A DNA stretch of 58,962 bases, taken from positions 1-58,962 of the forward strand of contig DASXKY010000069.1 of assembly GCA_036496555.1 (NCBI GenBank), written 5' to 3'. Within the stretch, counting starts at the first letter, position 1. Every line of letters starts with the position of its first letter. The position numbers and the translations under genes are program-made. The notes under the pieces are model-generated. The model saw only the letters and a list, made by a program, of their open reading frames with translations, had not been told where the DNA came from and did not search any database. Shown here piece by piece: positions 48,197 through 56,928 of the stretch. Origin of the DNA: Burkholderiales bacterium (GTDB lineage Bacteria > Pseudomonadota > Gammaproteobacteria > Burkholderiales > SG8-39).

Positions 48197-49938
48197 GCCG
48201 ACGGGCCATTCAGGCAAAAGCAGACTTCCCCGTCGCGGTTGGTCTCGAGGACCAGCGAAAAGCCAGCGCCCTCTGCCTGGCGTGCGGCCTGGTACAGCCC
48301 GATGCCCATTCCTTTGCCACCATTGCGCACCGGCGCGCGTAGCAGCGTGACCTGCACGTCCGGCGGCACCGCGCGCCCGGAATCGCGTACCCGCAGCACG
48401 AGGCGCGGGCCGCACTCGAGCGTGACGCGCACGCGCACGTTGGCGCCCTCGGCGCGCTTGGCGAGCGCGTTGCGGATCAAGTTGTCGGCCACGCTCGAGA
48501 AGAGCGAGCGCGGCAGGCGCGCGGCGCTCGCGGCGGGACCGTCGAGCTCGACGCCTTCGCTGCGGTATTGGCGCGCGAGGTCCTCCCACCAGGCCTGCGC
48601 GCCGACCAGCGTCTCGCCGCTTTCGCGCGGCTTCTGCAGCTTGGCGAGCGTCTCGGCGAGGCGCTGCGCGATGACCGGCAGCTGGCGCCGGGTGAGCGCG
48701 GCGAGCTCGGGCGAGTCGCGGCCGTCGTCGCGCGCAGCCGAGGCGACCAGCACATTGAGCGACTGCAGCAGATTCTTGATGTCGTGCGTCATGCGCGCGC
48801 CGGTCTCGTGCACCGCCTGCAGGTAGCTCGCCTGGCGCAGCTCCTCTTCGCGCAGCTTGGCTAGGTAGAACTCCCCGAGCAACTGGCCGAGCAGGTGCAG
48901 GTGCCAGTGCAGTGCCGGGCTCATGCGGTAGCGCGAGAAAACGGTGAGCGCGAGCGCCGCGTTCTCGTATTCGACCGGGTAGTCGGTGCGCCGCCCTTCC
49001 TCAGCGGTCGATTCGGCGGTGCGCCAGGCGACGCCGGCGACCGAAGGTATGCGCACCAGTGCCGACACGGCGTCGCCGAGGAAGCGGGCCGGGCGCGCCT
49101 CGATCTGCGTCAGCTCGGTGAGGATCTGCAGCCACTTCTCGAACGGCAGCCCGATCGAGAACAGGTAGCGCGAGAAGAACACGTTGAGGCCGGCGAAACC
49201 GCGCCGCGGGCCCCAGGCGAGCGCGATCAGCAGCACCGCGGCGGCCGTGACGAACACCGTGTCGGTGAGCGCCTCGAGGTAGCCGGTGCGGTGCACGGTC
49301 ATGATGGTGAAGCTGCCGAGGATCACCACGCCGAGCAGCAGCATGAGGAACAGGCTGTAGAAGAAGTCGATCACCTGCGCGCTGTCGGCCGGCTCCGGCT
49401 CCGCCGGCAGCAGGCCGATGACGACGAACAGCAGCGGCAGGCCGAGCTCCGCGTAGCGGCCGATGTCGGGGTCGATTTCGCGGCCCGGCGCGACCTCCGG
49501 CAGGATCGCCACCGCGAGCAGCGCGAGCAGGTAGACCAGCACCAGCTGGTAGGTGCGCCGCTGCCAGCGCGCGTCGTGCTGATAGAGCTTGCCGCCGACC
49601 AGCCCGGCGAGCACCACCACCCAGAAGGCGAGCAGCCACCAGTTGAGCGCCAGCATGACGCCGAGCGCCAGCACGCCGATGATGAGGCCCTGCGCCGTCG
49701 AGACGCGCTGCTCGCCGCGCAGGAACGGCTGCCAGAGCAGCAGCAAGCCGAGGTGCGCGAGCAGCATGCCGCGCGCCCACGGGTCGGCGACGCCGCGGAA
49801 GGCGGCCACGTGCAAGAGCGCCAGCATGGCGACGAGGACCAGGCGCGAGTAGCGCTGGCTCACGGCCCATACTGCGTTCGCGAGGCGCTCGGCGAGCGGC
49901 AGGTTGGGCCCGATGGGTTCGATGATCGGCGGTTGCAT
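48193..49938 (-). CDS. polytopic sensor histidine kinase (PilS/PrsK-like)
   Basis: ~7-8 N-terminal TM helices. H-box ARMTHDIKNLLQSL. HATPase region (DNLIRNALAKR, DSGRAVP, GMGIGLYQAR). Confidence 0.85.
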   Translation of the reverse strand: MQPPIIEPIGPNLPLAERLANAVWAVSQRYSRLVLVAMLALLHVAAFRGVADPWARGMLLAHLGLLLLWQPFLRGEQRVSTAQGLIIGVLALGVMLALNWWLLAFWVVVLAGLVGGKLYQHDARWQRRTYQLVLVYLLALLAVAILPEVAPGREIDPDIGRYAELGLPLLFVVIGLLPAEPEPADSAQVIDFFYSLFLMLLLGVVILGSFTIMTVHRTGYLEALTDTVFVTAAAVLLIALAWGPRRGFAGLNVFFSRYLFSIGLPFEKWLQILTELTQIEARPARFLGDAVSALVRIPSVAGVAWRTAESTAEEGRRTDYPVEYENAALALTVFSRYRMSPALHWHLHLLGQLLGEFYLAKLREEELRQASYLQAVHETGARMTHDIKNLLQSLNVLVASAARDDGRDSPELAALTRRQLPVIAQRLAETLAKLQKPRESGETLVGAQAWWEDLARQYRSEGVELDGPAASAARLPRSLFSSVADNLIRNALAKRAEGANVRVRVTLECGPRLVLRVRDSGRAVPPDVQVTLLRAPVRNGGKGMGIGLYQAARQAEGAGFSLVLETNRDGEVCFCLNGPSA

Positions 49939-49968
49939 GATCGGCGCGAGTAGTCTACATAACGGCCC

Positions 49969-50736
49969 ATGCCGCCGGCCGCGGGCCTTGCCCGCCTGAT
50001 CCTCGTTGAAGCGCGCCGCGGCGGCCTGCCCTGGCTCGCCGCCGCGTGCCTCGCGGTGGGCCTCGGCCTCGCCGCCTTCCTGTCGCAGGTCGCGCTGATC
50101 GAAACCCGCGAGCTGCAGCTCGCAATCGTCGCCGCCTGGCTGCGCGCCTGCGCGGTGTTCCTGGTCGCCGCCTTCGTGGCGACGCGAACCTTGCGCGAGA
50201 TTGACGACAAAACGCTCGAGCTCCTGCTCGCGCTGCCAGTCGGCCGCCCGGCGCAGTACCTCGGGCGCCTGGCGGGCTTCGCGCTCTGCGGCGCGGCGCT
50301 CGCCACGGCGTTCGCGCTGCCGCTTCTGCTGTGGGCCGCGCCCGGCGCGGTGCTCGCCTGGGGCTTCTCGCTCGCCTGCGAGACCGCGCTCGTCGCCGCG
50401 GCGGCGCTGTTCTTCGCGATGACCCTGGTGCAGCCGGTGCCGGCGATCGCCACCACGGCAGGGCTCTATCTCCTCGGGCGCTCGATCGCCGCGCTGCAGG
50501 CGCTCACCGCCGGCGGCCCGATGGGCGAAGACTCGCTCGCCGGCCAGGTCGCGCGCGCGGTGCTCGCCGCAGTCGCGTTCCTGCTGCCGCGCCTCGACGA
50601 AGCGACGCGCAGCGAATGGCTGCTCTACGGCGCGCCGCCTGCCATGGCCTACGCCGCGGCGGTCGGCTCGGTCGTGCTCTATCTCGTCGTCGTCACCGCC
50701 GCCGGCCTGTTCGATTTCGCGCGCAAGGAGCCGTGA
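49969..50736 (+). CDS. ABC-2/NosY-like membrane permease
   Basis: Six predicted TM helices. LILVEARRGGLPWL N-terminus and REIDDKTLELLLALPVGR resemble the E-x-GTLE-LL-PxxR signature of ABC-2 permeases (recollection). Confidence 0.6.
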   Translation: MPPAAGLARLILVEARRGGLPWLAAACLAVGLGLAAFLSQVALIETRELQLAIVAAWLRACAVFLVAAFVATRTLREIDDKTLELLLALPVGRPAQYLGRLAGFALCGAALATAFALPLLLWAAPGAVLAWGFSLACETALVAAAALFFAMTLVQPVPAIATTAGLYLLGRSIAALQALTAGGPMGEDSLAGQVARAVLAAVAFLLPRLDEATRSEWLLYGAPPAMAYAAAVGSVVLYLVVVTAAGLFDFARKEP

Positions 50737-51410
50737 TGGAGCGCGGGCGGCGCGTTCCGGCGTGGGTCCTCGGGCTGCTGGCCGTCAGCCTGGCGGCACA
50801 GATCGCCTGGCACGCTGGACACTCCCCTCTCTCCCATGCGCACGCGAGCCTGCCGCCCGCGCCGCCGCCCGAGGTACTGCGGCTCGCGGACCTCGGCGAG
50901 GACCCCGCCGCCGCCCGCCTGGTGATGCTCTATCTGCAGGGCTTCGACCTGCGCGGGCTCGACTACCACCACCTCACGGGATGGCTGCGCGATGCGCTCG
51001 CCCTCGACCCGCGCAGCGCGTATCCGCTCTTCGCCGCCGCACGCGTGTTCGCCGAGACGTCCGACCCGGCGGCGAGCCGCCTCGCGCTCGAGTTCGTCTA
51101 CGAGGCGTTCGCGCGCGACCCGGACCGGCGCTGGCCGTGGCTCGCGCAGGCCGCCCTCCTCGCCAAGCACCGCCTGAAGGACCTGCCGCTCGCGCGCCGC
51201 TACGCCGCGGCGATCCGGCTGGAGACCCGCTCGCCCGACGTTCCGGCGTGGGCGAAGGAGATGGAAGCCATCGTCCTGGAGGACATGAACGAGCTTGAGG
51301 CGGCGAAGATTGTCCTCGGCGGGCTGCTGGAGCATGGCGATCTGAAGGACCCGAACGAGCGGCGCTTCCTCGAGCGACGGCTGGAGGAGCTCGAAAAACG
51401 GGTGAAATAG
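50736..51410 (+). CDS. membrane-anchored helical-repeat hypothetical protein
   Basis: The ATG at 50736 shares a base with the upstream TGA. It has one TM (VPAWVLGLLAVSLAAQIAW) followed by an all-helical, TPR-like region. No family recognised. Confidence 0.55.
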   Translation: MERGRRVPAWVLGLLAVSLAAQIAWHAGHSPLSHAHASLPPAPPPEVLRLADLGEDPAAARLVMLYLQGFDLRGLDYHHLTGWLRDALALDPRSAYPLFAAARVFAETSDPAASRLALEFVYEAFARDPDRRWPWLAQAALLAKHRLKDLPLARRYAAAIRLETRSPDVPAWAKEMEAIVLEDMNELEAAKIVLGGLLEHGDLKDPNERRFLERRLEELEKRVK

Positions 51411-51496
51411 TGTCAGCGATCCGACGCCCGTGTCGGAATCCTGACGTTCTCTGACGCTTGACCCCCTCGAACACAGCCTTAGAGGCCGCTTTTGCG

Positions 51497-51511
51497 TGGC
51501 ATGGAAGTTGC
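51497..51511 (+). promoter_or_regulatory. sigma-54 (-24/-12) promoter upstream of the major pilin gene
   Basis: TGGCAT-ggaag-TTGCG versus consensus TGGCAC-N5-TTGCW with correct GG/GC spacing. It lies 59 nt upstream of ATG 51570. Confidence 0.75.
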
Positions 51512-51569
51512 GATTATGCTCGCGCAGTTTCAGCATTTTGCCGGGACGACCCGGGGGAGCTATAGAGAA

Positions 51570-52259
51570 ATGAACAAGACCCAAAAAGGCTTCACGCTCG
51601 TCGAGATCGCGATCGTGCTGGTGATCATCGGGTTGCTGCTCGGCGGCATCCTGAAGGGCCAGGAGATGATCACGCAGGCGAAGATCAAGAACGTGATGGC
51701 CGACTTTTCCGGCATCTCCGCGGCCTACCACGGCTACCAGGACCGCTACCGTGCGATCCCGGGCGACGACCCGAACGCGGGGACACGCTGGACCACGGCG
51801 CCCGTGGCGGTTCCCGGCACCGGCGACGGCATCGTCGGCGGCACCTACAACGCCGCCTGCCCCGCCGTTCCGGCGGCGGGCGATCCCGAGTCATGCAAGT
51901 TCTGGGACCACCTGCGCCGCGCGGGATTCGTCGCCGGCAACGGCGGCCAGCAGCCGTTCAACGCGCTCACCGGCATTATCGGCGTGCAGACCGGCGACGG
52001 CGCCGCTGCGCCGTCGGCCACAATGCTCGACGGCGCCGGCGGCCCGGGCTTCGTCGGCCTGATCATGTGCTCGGCGAACCTGCCCGACAAGGTCGCCATC
52101 GCGGTCGACACGCAGATGGACGACGGCATCGCCGGCAAGGGCAGTGTGCGCGGGCTGCTGCAGGCGGCGCCCAACCCGGGGATCGGCGCAGGGCAAGTGG
52201 CGACACCGGCCTACGCGGAGACGTCGAGCAACATCTACGTGATCTGCCGCGCGCTGTAA
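51570..52259 (+). CDS. type IV pilin / pseudopilin (probable major subunit, MshA-like)
   Basis: Short leader MNKTQKG/FTLVEIAIVLVIIGLLLGGIL (Gly-1, Phe+1, Glu+5). RBS GGGGGAG 9 nt upstream. The listed ORF start 51492 would cover the promoter and is rejected. Confidence 0.88.
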   Translation: MNKTQKGFTLVEIAIVLVIIGLLLGGILKGQEMITQAKIKNVMADFSGISAAYHGYQDRYRAIPGDDPNAGTRWTTAPVAVPGTGDGIVGGTYNAACPAVPAAGDPESCKFWDHLRRAGFVAGNGGQQPFNALTGIIGVQTGDGAAAPSATMLDGAGGPGFVGLIMCSANLPDKVAIAVDTQMDDGIAGKGSVRGLLQAAPNPGIGAGQVATPAYAETSSNIYVICRAL

Positions 52260-52281
52260 GAACGAAGCATCTCTAGAGAAG

Positions 52282-52310
52282 AAGCCCGCTGCGGCGGGCT
52301 TTTTCTTTTT
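52282..52310. terminator. rho-independent terminator after the pilin gene (shared with the convergent antiporter gene)
   Basis: AAGCCCGC-tgcg-GCGGGCTT followed by TTTCTTTTT. Confidence 0.8.
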
Positions 52311-54286
52311 CAGCGGCCTCTGAGCAAAAGACTCTCGGCCGCGTCGATACTCTCTGGGGTGCCGACCAGCACGATCACGTCCCCCTCGCGCAGCTCGCCC
52401 GCCTCGTCGGCGCCGAGCTTGCGCTTCTCGCCCAGGCGCCGCACCGCGCGCACCTCCACGCCGAGGTCGGCGAGCGGCAGCTCGGCGAGCCGCTTGCCGA
52501 GGAACGCCGAGCGGCCGTCGAGCGTGACGACGTGCAGCCGCGCGCGGCTGTCGGCGGCCGGCTCGTCGCCGCGGCCCTGGAACAGGCCGCGCAGCAGGCC
52601 GTACTGCGCGTCGCGCACCTGCGCGACGCGGCGCATGACGCGCGAGAGCGGCACGCCGGCGAGCACCAGCGTGTGCGAGGCGAGCATCACGCCGGACTCG
52701 AACGCCTCGGGCAGTACCTCGGTCGCGCCGGCGGCAGTGAGGCGCGCGATGTCGCTCTCGTCGCGCGCGCGCACGATCACCGGCACCGACGGATTGAGCG
52801 CGCGCACGTGCGTCAGCACGCGCACCGCGGCCGCGGCGTCGGCGAAGGTGAACGCCACCGCGGCGGCGCGCATGATGCCGGCCGCGACCAGCGCCTCGCG
52901 GCGCGAGCTGTCGGCGAACACCACCGTGTCGCCGGCGGCGGCGGCCTGCCGCACGCGCTCGGGATCGAGGTCGAGGGCGACGTAGCGCACGCCCTCGGCA
53001 TCGAGGAGGCGCGCCATGCGCTGGCCGTTGCGGCCGTAGCCGAGGATGATGACGTGGCGCTCGACCTCGATCGAGCGCGCGGCGATGCGGTGCAGCTCGA
53101 GCGAGCGCGTCATCCACTCCGAGCGGGTAAGCCGCAGGGCAATCGGATCCGCGGCGACGATGGCGAGCGGCGTGGCGAGCATCGACAGGATCATCGCCGC
53201 GAGCAACGCCTGCAGCAGCGCCGGCTCGACCACGCCAGCGGCGCCGGCGAGCGGCAGCAGCACGAAGCCGAACTCACCGCCCTGCGCGAGCGCGAGGCCG
53301 ACGCGCAGCGCGGTGCCGGGCGGGCTGCCGAACGCGCGCGACAGGAAGGCCGTCAGCGAGAACTTGCCGAGCACCAGCGCGGCGAAGAGCCCCGCCACCA
53401 GGCCGAACTGCGCCGCCACCTGGCGCAGGTCGAGCTGCATGCCGACGGTGACGAAGAAAAGGCCGAGCAGCACGTCGCGGAAGGGCTTGATGTCCTCCTC
53501 CACCTGGAAGCGGTACTCGGTCTCCGAGATCAGCATGCCGGCGAGGAACGCGCCGAGCACCATCGACAGGCCGGCGATGCCGGTGAGGAAGGCGAGTAGC
53601 AGCGTGATCAGCAGCACGTTCAGCACGAACAGCTCGTTCGAGCGGCGCCGCGCGACGACACCGAGCCAGCCGCGCATCAGGCGCGGCCCGAGCCACACCA
53701 CCAGCGCGAGGGCGAGCGCCGCCTTGCCGAGCGCCACGGCGATGGCGACCCCGAGCACGTCAGGCTTCTGGCCGAGCGCCGGGATGACCACGAGCAGCGG
53801 TACCACCGCGAGGTCCTGCAGGAGCAGCACGCCGATCACCTCGCGCCCGTGCGGCGTGTCGAGCTCGCCGCGGTCGGCGAGGAGCTTCGACACAATCGCG
53901 GTGGAGGACATCGCCGCTATGCCGCCGAGCGCGACCCCAGCCTGCCACGTGCCGCCGAGGACGAGCGCGAGCGCCGCGACCAGCCCCATGATGACGACGA
54001 CCTGGGTGAGGCCGAGGCCGAACACCACCCGGCGCATGGCGACCAGCTTCGGCAGGCTGAACTCCAGCCCGATCGAGAACATGAGGAACACCACGCCGAT
54101 CTCGGCGAGGGCGCGGATCGCCTCGCGGTCGCTGGCGAGGCCGAGCGCGTGCGGGCCGAGGACCAGTCCGGTGACGAGATAGCCGATCATCGCCGGCAGC
54201 CGCAGGCTGCGGCAAAGCACCACCGCCGCGACGCCGCTCGCAAGCAGAATCAGCACCGACTGCAGCGAATCGGGCGTGGAATCCAT
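52310..54286 (-). CDS. monovalent cation:proton antiporter-2 (CPA2) family protein with TrkA-N/TrkA-C (RCK) domains, Kef/YbaL-like
   Basis: 12-13 TM Na_H exchanger core, then a Rossmann motif VIILGYGRNGQ and a C-terminal RCK_C. 658 aa. Confidence 0.88.
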   Translation of the reverse strand: MDSTPDSLQSVLILLASGVAAVVLCRSLRLPAMIGYLVTGLVLGPHALGLASDREAIRALAEIGVVFLMFSIGLEFSLPKLVAMRRVVFGLGLTQVVVIMGLVAALALVLGGTWQAGVALGGIAAMSSTAIVSKLLADRGELDTPHGREVIGVLLLQDLAVVPLLVVIPALGQKPDVLGVAIAVALGKAALALALVVWLGPRLMRGWLGVVARRRSNELFVLNVLLITLLLAFLTGIAGLSMVLGAFLAGMLISETEYRFQVEEDIKPFRDVLLGLFFVTVGMQLDLRQVAAQFGLVAGLFAALVLGKFSLTAFLSRAFGSPPGTALRVGLALAQGGEFGFVLLPLAGAAGVVEPALLQALLAAMILSMLATPLAIVAADPIALRLTRSEWMTRSLELHRIAARSIEVERHVIILGYGRNGQRMARLLDAEGVRYVALDLDPERVRQAAAAGDTVVFADSSRREALVAAGIMRAAAVAFTFADAAAAVRVLTHVRALNPSVPVIVRARDESDIARLTAAGATEVLPEAFESGVMLASHTLVLAGVPLSRVMRRVAQVRDAQYGLLRGLFQGRGDEPAADSRARLHVVTLDGRSAFLGKRLAELPLADLGVEVRAVRRLGEKRKLGADEAGELREGDVIVLVGTPESIDAAESLLLRGR

Positions 54287-54304
54287 GGGCTATACTCCGC
54301 GCCA

Positions 54305-55321
54305 ATGATAAAGGCTGCGGCTCCGCGGGATTCGCACAAACGCGCCGCGTCCCCGGCGCGGGGCTCGCTCGAGCTGGCCCGCCGGGTGCTGCAGATCGAG
54401 GCCGACGCGGTGCACGCGCTGGTCGAGCGGCTCGACGAGCGCTTCCTCGCCGCGGTTGAAATGATCCACGGCCGCCAGGGCCGCGTGGTGGTAAGCGGCA
54501 TCGGCAAGTCCGGCCACATCGCGCGCAAGATCGCCTCGACCATGGCGAGCACCGGCACGCCGGCGTACTTCGTGCACCCGGCCGAGGCGAGCCACGGCGA
54601 CCTCGGCATGATCGACGCCGGCGACGTGTTCATCGCCATCTCCTATTCGGGCGGCAGCGAGGAGCTGCTGGACATAGTCCCGCTGGTCAAGCGCCGCGGC
54701 GCGAAGCTGATCGCCATCACCGGCAACGCCGACTCGCCGCTCGCGCGCGACGCCGACGTGCACCTCGACGCCGCGGTCGCGCAGGAGGCCTGCCCGCACA
54801 ACCTCGCGCCGACGGCGAGCACCACCGCCGCGCTCGCGCTCGGCGACGCGCTCGCCATCGCGCTGCTCGACGCGCGCGGCTTCACCAAGGACGACTTCGC
54901 GCGCAGCCATCCGCGCGGCCGGCTGCCGCGCCAGGCGCTGCTGCACGTCGCCGACGTCATGCGCAAAGGCGAAGGCGTGCCGCTGGTCGACGGGGCAACG
55001 CCGCTGCGCGAAGCGCTGCGCGAGATGACGCGCGGCCGCATCGGCATGACTGCGGTGCGCAACGCTGCCGGCAAGGTGACCGGCATCTTCACCGATGGCG
55101 ACCTGCGCCGCGCGCTCGAGAAGGGCGCCGACTTCGCCTCGGCGCGAATCGCCGACGTGATGACCGCCGCGCCGCGCACCATCCGCGCCGGCGCGCTCGC
55201 CGCCGAGGCGGTGCAGCTCATGGAGGCGCACAAGGTGAACCAGCTGCTGGTCGTCGACGAGCGCGGCGAACTGGTCGGCGCACTCAACATGCACGACCTC
55301 TTCCGCGCCAAGGTGATTTGA
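54305..55321 (+). CDS. kdsD: arabinose-5-phosphate isomerase
   Basis: SIS domain VVSGIGKSGHIARKIASTMASTGTPAYFVHPAEASHGDLGMI plus tandem CBS domains. ATG 54305. Confidence 0.92.
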   Translation: MIKAAAPRDSHKRAASPARGSLELARRVLQIEADAVHALVERLDERFLAAVEMIHGRQGRVVVSGIGKSGHIARKIASTMASTGTPAYFVHPAEASHGDLGMIDAGDVFIAISYSGGSEELLDIVPLVKRRGAKLIAITGNADSPLARDADVHLDAAVAQEACPHNLAPTASTTAALALGDALAIALLDARGFTKDDFARSHPRGRLPRQALLHVADVMRKGEGVPLVDGATPLREALREMTRGRIGMTAVRNAAGKVTGIFTDGDLRRALEKGADFASARIADVMTAAPRTIRAGALAAEAVQLMEAHKVNQLLVVDERGELVGALNMHDLFRAKVI

Positions 55322-55818
55322 AAGAGGTCGGCCCAGAGGTCCTGCGAAGAGCCCGCAGCGTGCGCCTGATGATCTTCGACGTCGACGGCGTGCTTACCGA
55401 CGGCACGCTGTGGTACGGGCCGCGCGGCGAGGAGCTGAAGGCGTTCTCGGCGCACGACGGCCATGGCCTCAAGCTGCTCGCCGCCGCGGGCGTCGCGCTC
55501 GCGCTCCTCTCGGGCCGCCGCTCCAAGGCCGTCGCGCTGCGCGCGCGCGAGCTCGGCATCCGCGAGGTGCACCAGGGCGTGGGCGACAAGCTTCTCGTAT
55601 TTGCAAAGATGCTGAAGAAACATCGCCTGGACGCGAATGCGGCCGGCTTCATGGGCGACGAGCTGGTCGACCTGCCGGTGCTCGAGAGCTGCGGCTTCGC
55701 CTGCGCGCCGCGCGAGGCGCCCGAGGCAGTGCGCGGCCGCGTGCACCACGTGACCGAGGCCCCGGCGGGGCGCGGCGCGGTGCGCGAGGTCTGCGATCTA
55801 CTGGTGCGCGTACGGTGA
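55318..55818 (+). CDS. kdsC: 3-deoxy-D-manno-octulosonate 8-phosphate phosphatase
   Basis: TTG start overlapping the kdsD stop. HAD motif I LMIFDVDGVLTDG and GDELVDLPV. Confidence 0.9.
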   Translation: MKEVGPEVLRRARSVRLMIFDVDGVLTDGTLWYGPRGEELKAFSAHDGHGLKLLAAAGVALALLSGRRSKAVALRARELGIREVHQGVGDKLLVFAKMLKKHRLDANAAGFMGDELVDLPVLESCGFACAPREAPEAVRGRVHHVTEAPAGRGAVREVCDLLVRVR

Positions 55819-56390
55819 GGGTGCCGACCACGCGCCTGTTCCCGCTCGGGCTGATGCTCGTGCTGGCGGCGCTCACCTTCTACCTCGACCGCGCGGTCAA
55901 CGAAGAGGACACGCACCCCGCGCTGCGCCGCCACGACCCCGACTACATGGTGATCAACTTCACCACCACCAGCTACGACCGCGACGGCTTCGCCCAAAGC
56001 TCGCTGTCGGCGGAGAAAATGGTGCACTACCCGGACGACGACACCACGGAGCTCACCGCGCCGCGCATGGTGCAGAGCAAGCCCGAGCAGCCGCGCGTCA
56101 CCGTGCGCGCCGACCGCGGCAAGCTCTCGCGCGACGGCGAGGACATCTTCCTCTACGACAACGTGGTGCTAGAGCGCGAGGCCGGTATGGGCAAGGCCTC
56201 GGCCACGCTCACCACCGAGTACCTGCAGGTGGTGCGCGACCGCTCCATCGCGCGCACCGACCGCCAGGTGCAGATCGTCGAGGCAGGCCGCTCCCTCGCC
56301 GGCCGCGGCATGGAATACAGCAACGAGACGCGCCACTTCACGCTCAACTCCGACGTGCGCGGCCGCTTCGAGGCGAAAGCGCTGCCATGA
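55815..56390 (+). CDS. lptC: LPS export system protein LptC
   Basis: GTG start overlapping the kdsC stop (GTGA). N-terminal TM LFPLGLMLVLAALTFYL. Size and position between kdsC and lptA. Confidence 0.85.
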   Translation: MRVPTTRLFPLGLMLVLAALTFYLDRAVNEEDTHPALRRHDPDYMVINFTTTSYDRDGFAQSSLSAEKMVHYPDDDTTELTAPRMVQSKPEQPRVTVRADRGKLSRDGEDIFLYDNVVLEREAGMGKASATLTTEYLQVVRDRSIARTDRQVQIVEAGRSLAGRGMEYSNETRHFTLNSDVRGRFEAKALP

Positions 56391-56893
56391 GGTGGGGGGT
56401 TTTTCTCGTATTGATGTTTTCTTTTGCCGTCCGGGCGGAGAAAGCGGACAAAGACAAGCCGACCGAGCTCGAGGCGAACCGCATGAACGCCGACGACGTT
56501 CGGCGCCTGTCGATCTTCGAGGGCAAGGTGGTGCTGACCAAGGGCACCATGCGCGTGCTCGCCGACCGTATCGTCGTGCGCCAGGACGAAGAGGGCTATC
56601 AGTACGCCACCGCGGAAGGCAAACCGGTGCGCTTTCGCCAGCGCCAGGATCCGCGGCCGCCGGAAAAGGAAGGCATCTGGATGGACGGCGAGGCGCTGCG
56701 CATCGAGATCGACGAGAAGGCGAACACGGTGAAGCTGTTCGAGAGCGCGCGCGTCAACCGCGGCGGCGACCAGGTGGCGGGAAACTACATCCTGGTCGAC
56801 CAGAACTCCGAGTACTTCTCGGTGAGCGCCGGCAAGGACGGCGAGCAGCGCGTGAAGATGACCATCCAGCCCAAGGCGGCGCCGAAGAAATGA
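56387..56893 (+). CDS. lptA: LPS transport periplasmic protein LptA
   Basis: Signal peptide MRWGVFLVLMFSFAVRA. OstA-like repeats (LEANRMNADD...IFEGKVVLTKGTM). Confidence 0.9.
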   Translation: MRWGVFLVLMFSFAVRAEKADKDKPTELEANRMNADDVRRLSIFEGKVVLTKGTMRVLADRIVVRQDEEGYQYATAEGKPVRFRQRQDPRPPEKEGIWMDGEALRIEIDEKANTVKLFESARVNRGGDQVAGNYILVDQNSEYFSVSAGKDGEQRVKMTIQPKAAPKK

Positions 56894-56928
56894 AGAACCG
56901 GACATGAAAAAGCCGGCATGACCCGCGC

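Noticed and set aside
51492-51569. Upstream extension of the pilin ORF (MRGMEVAIMLAQFQHFAGTTRGSYRE...)
   Set aside because: It would give a 33-residue leader, atypical for this pilin class, and would cover the sigma-54 promoter. ATG 51570 has a GGGGGAG RBS and gives a canonical 7-residue leader.
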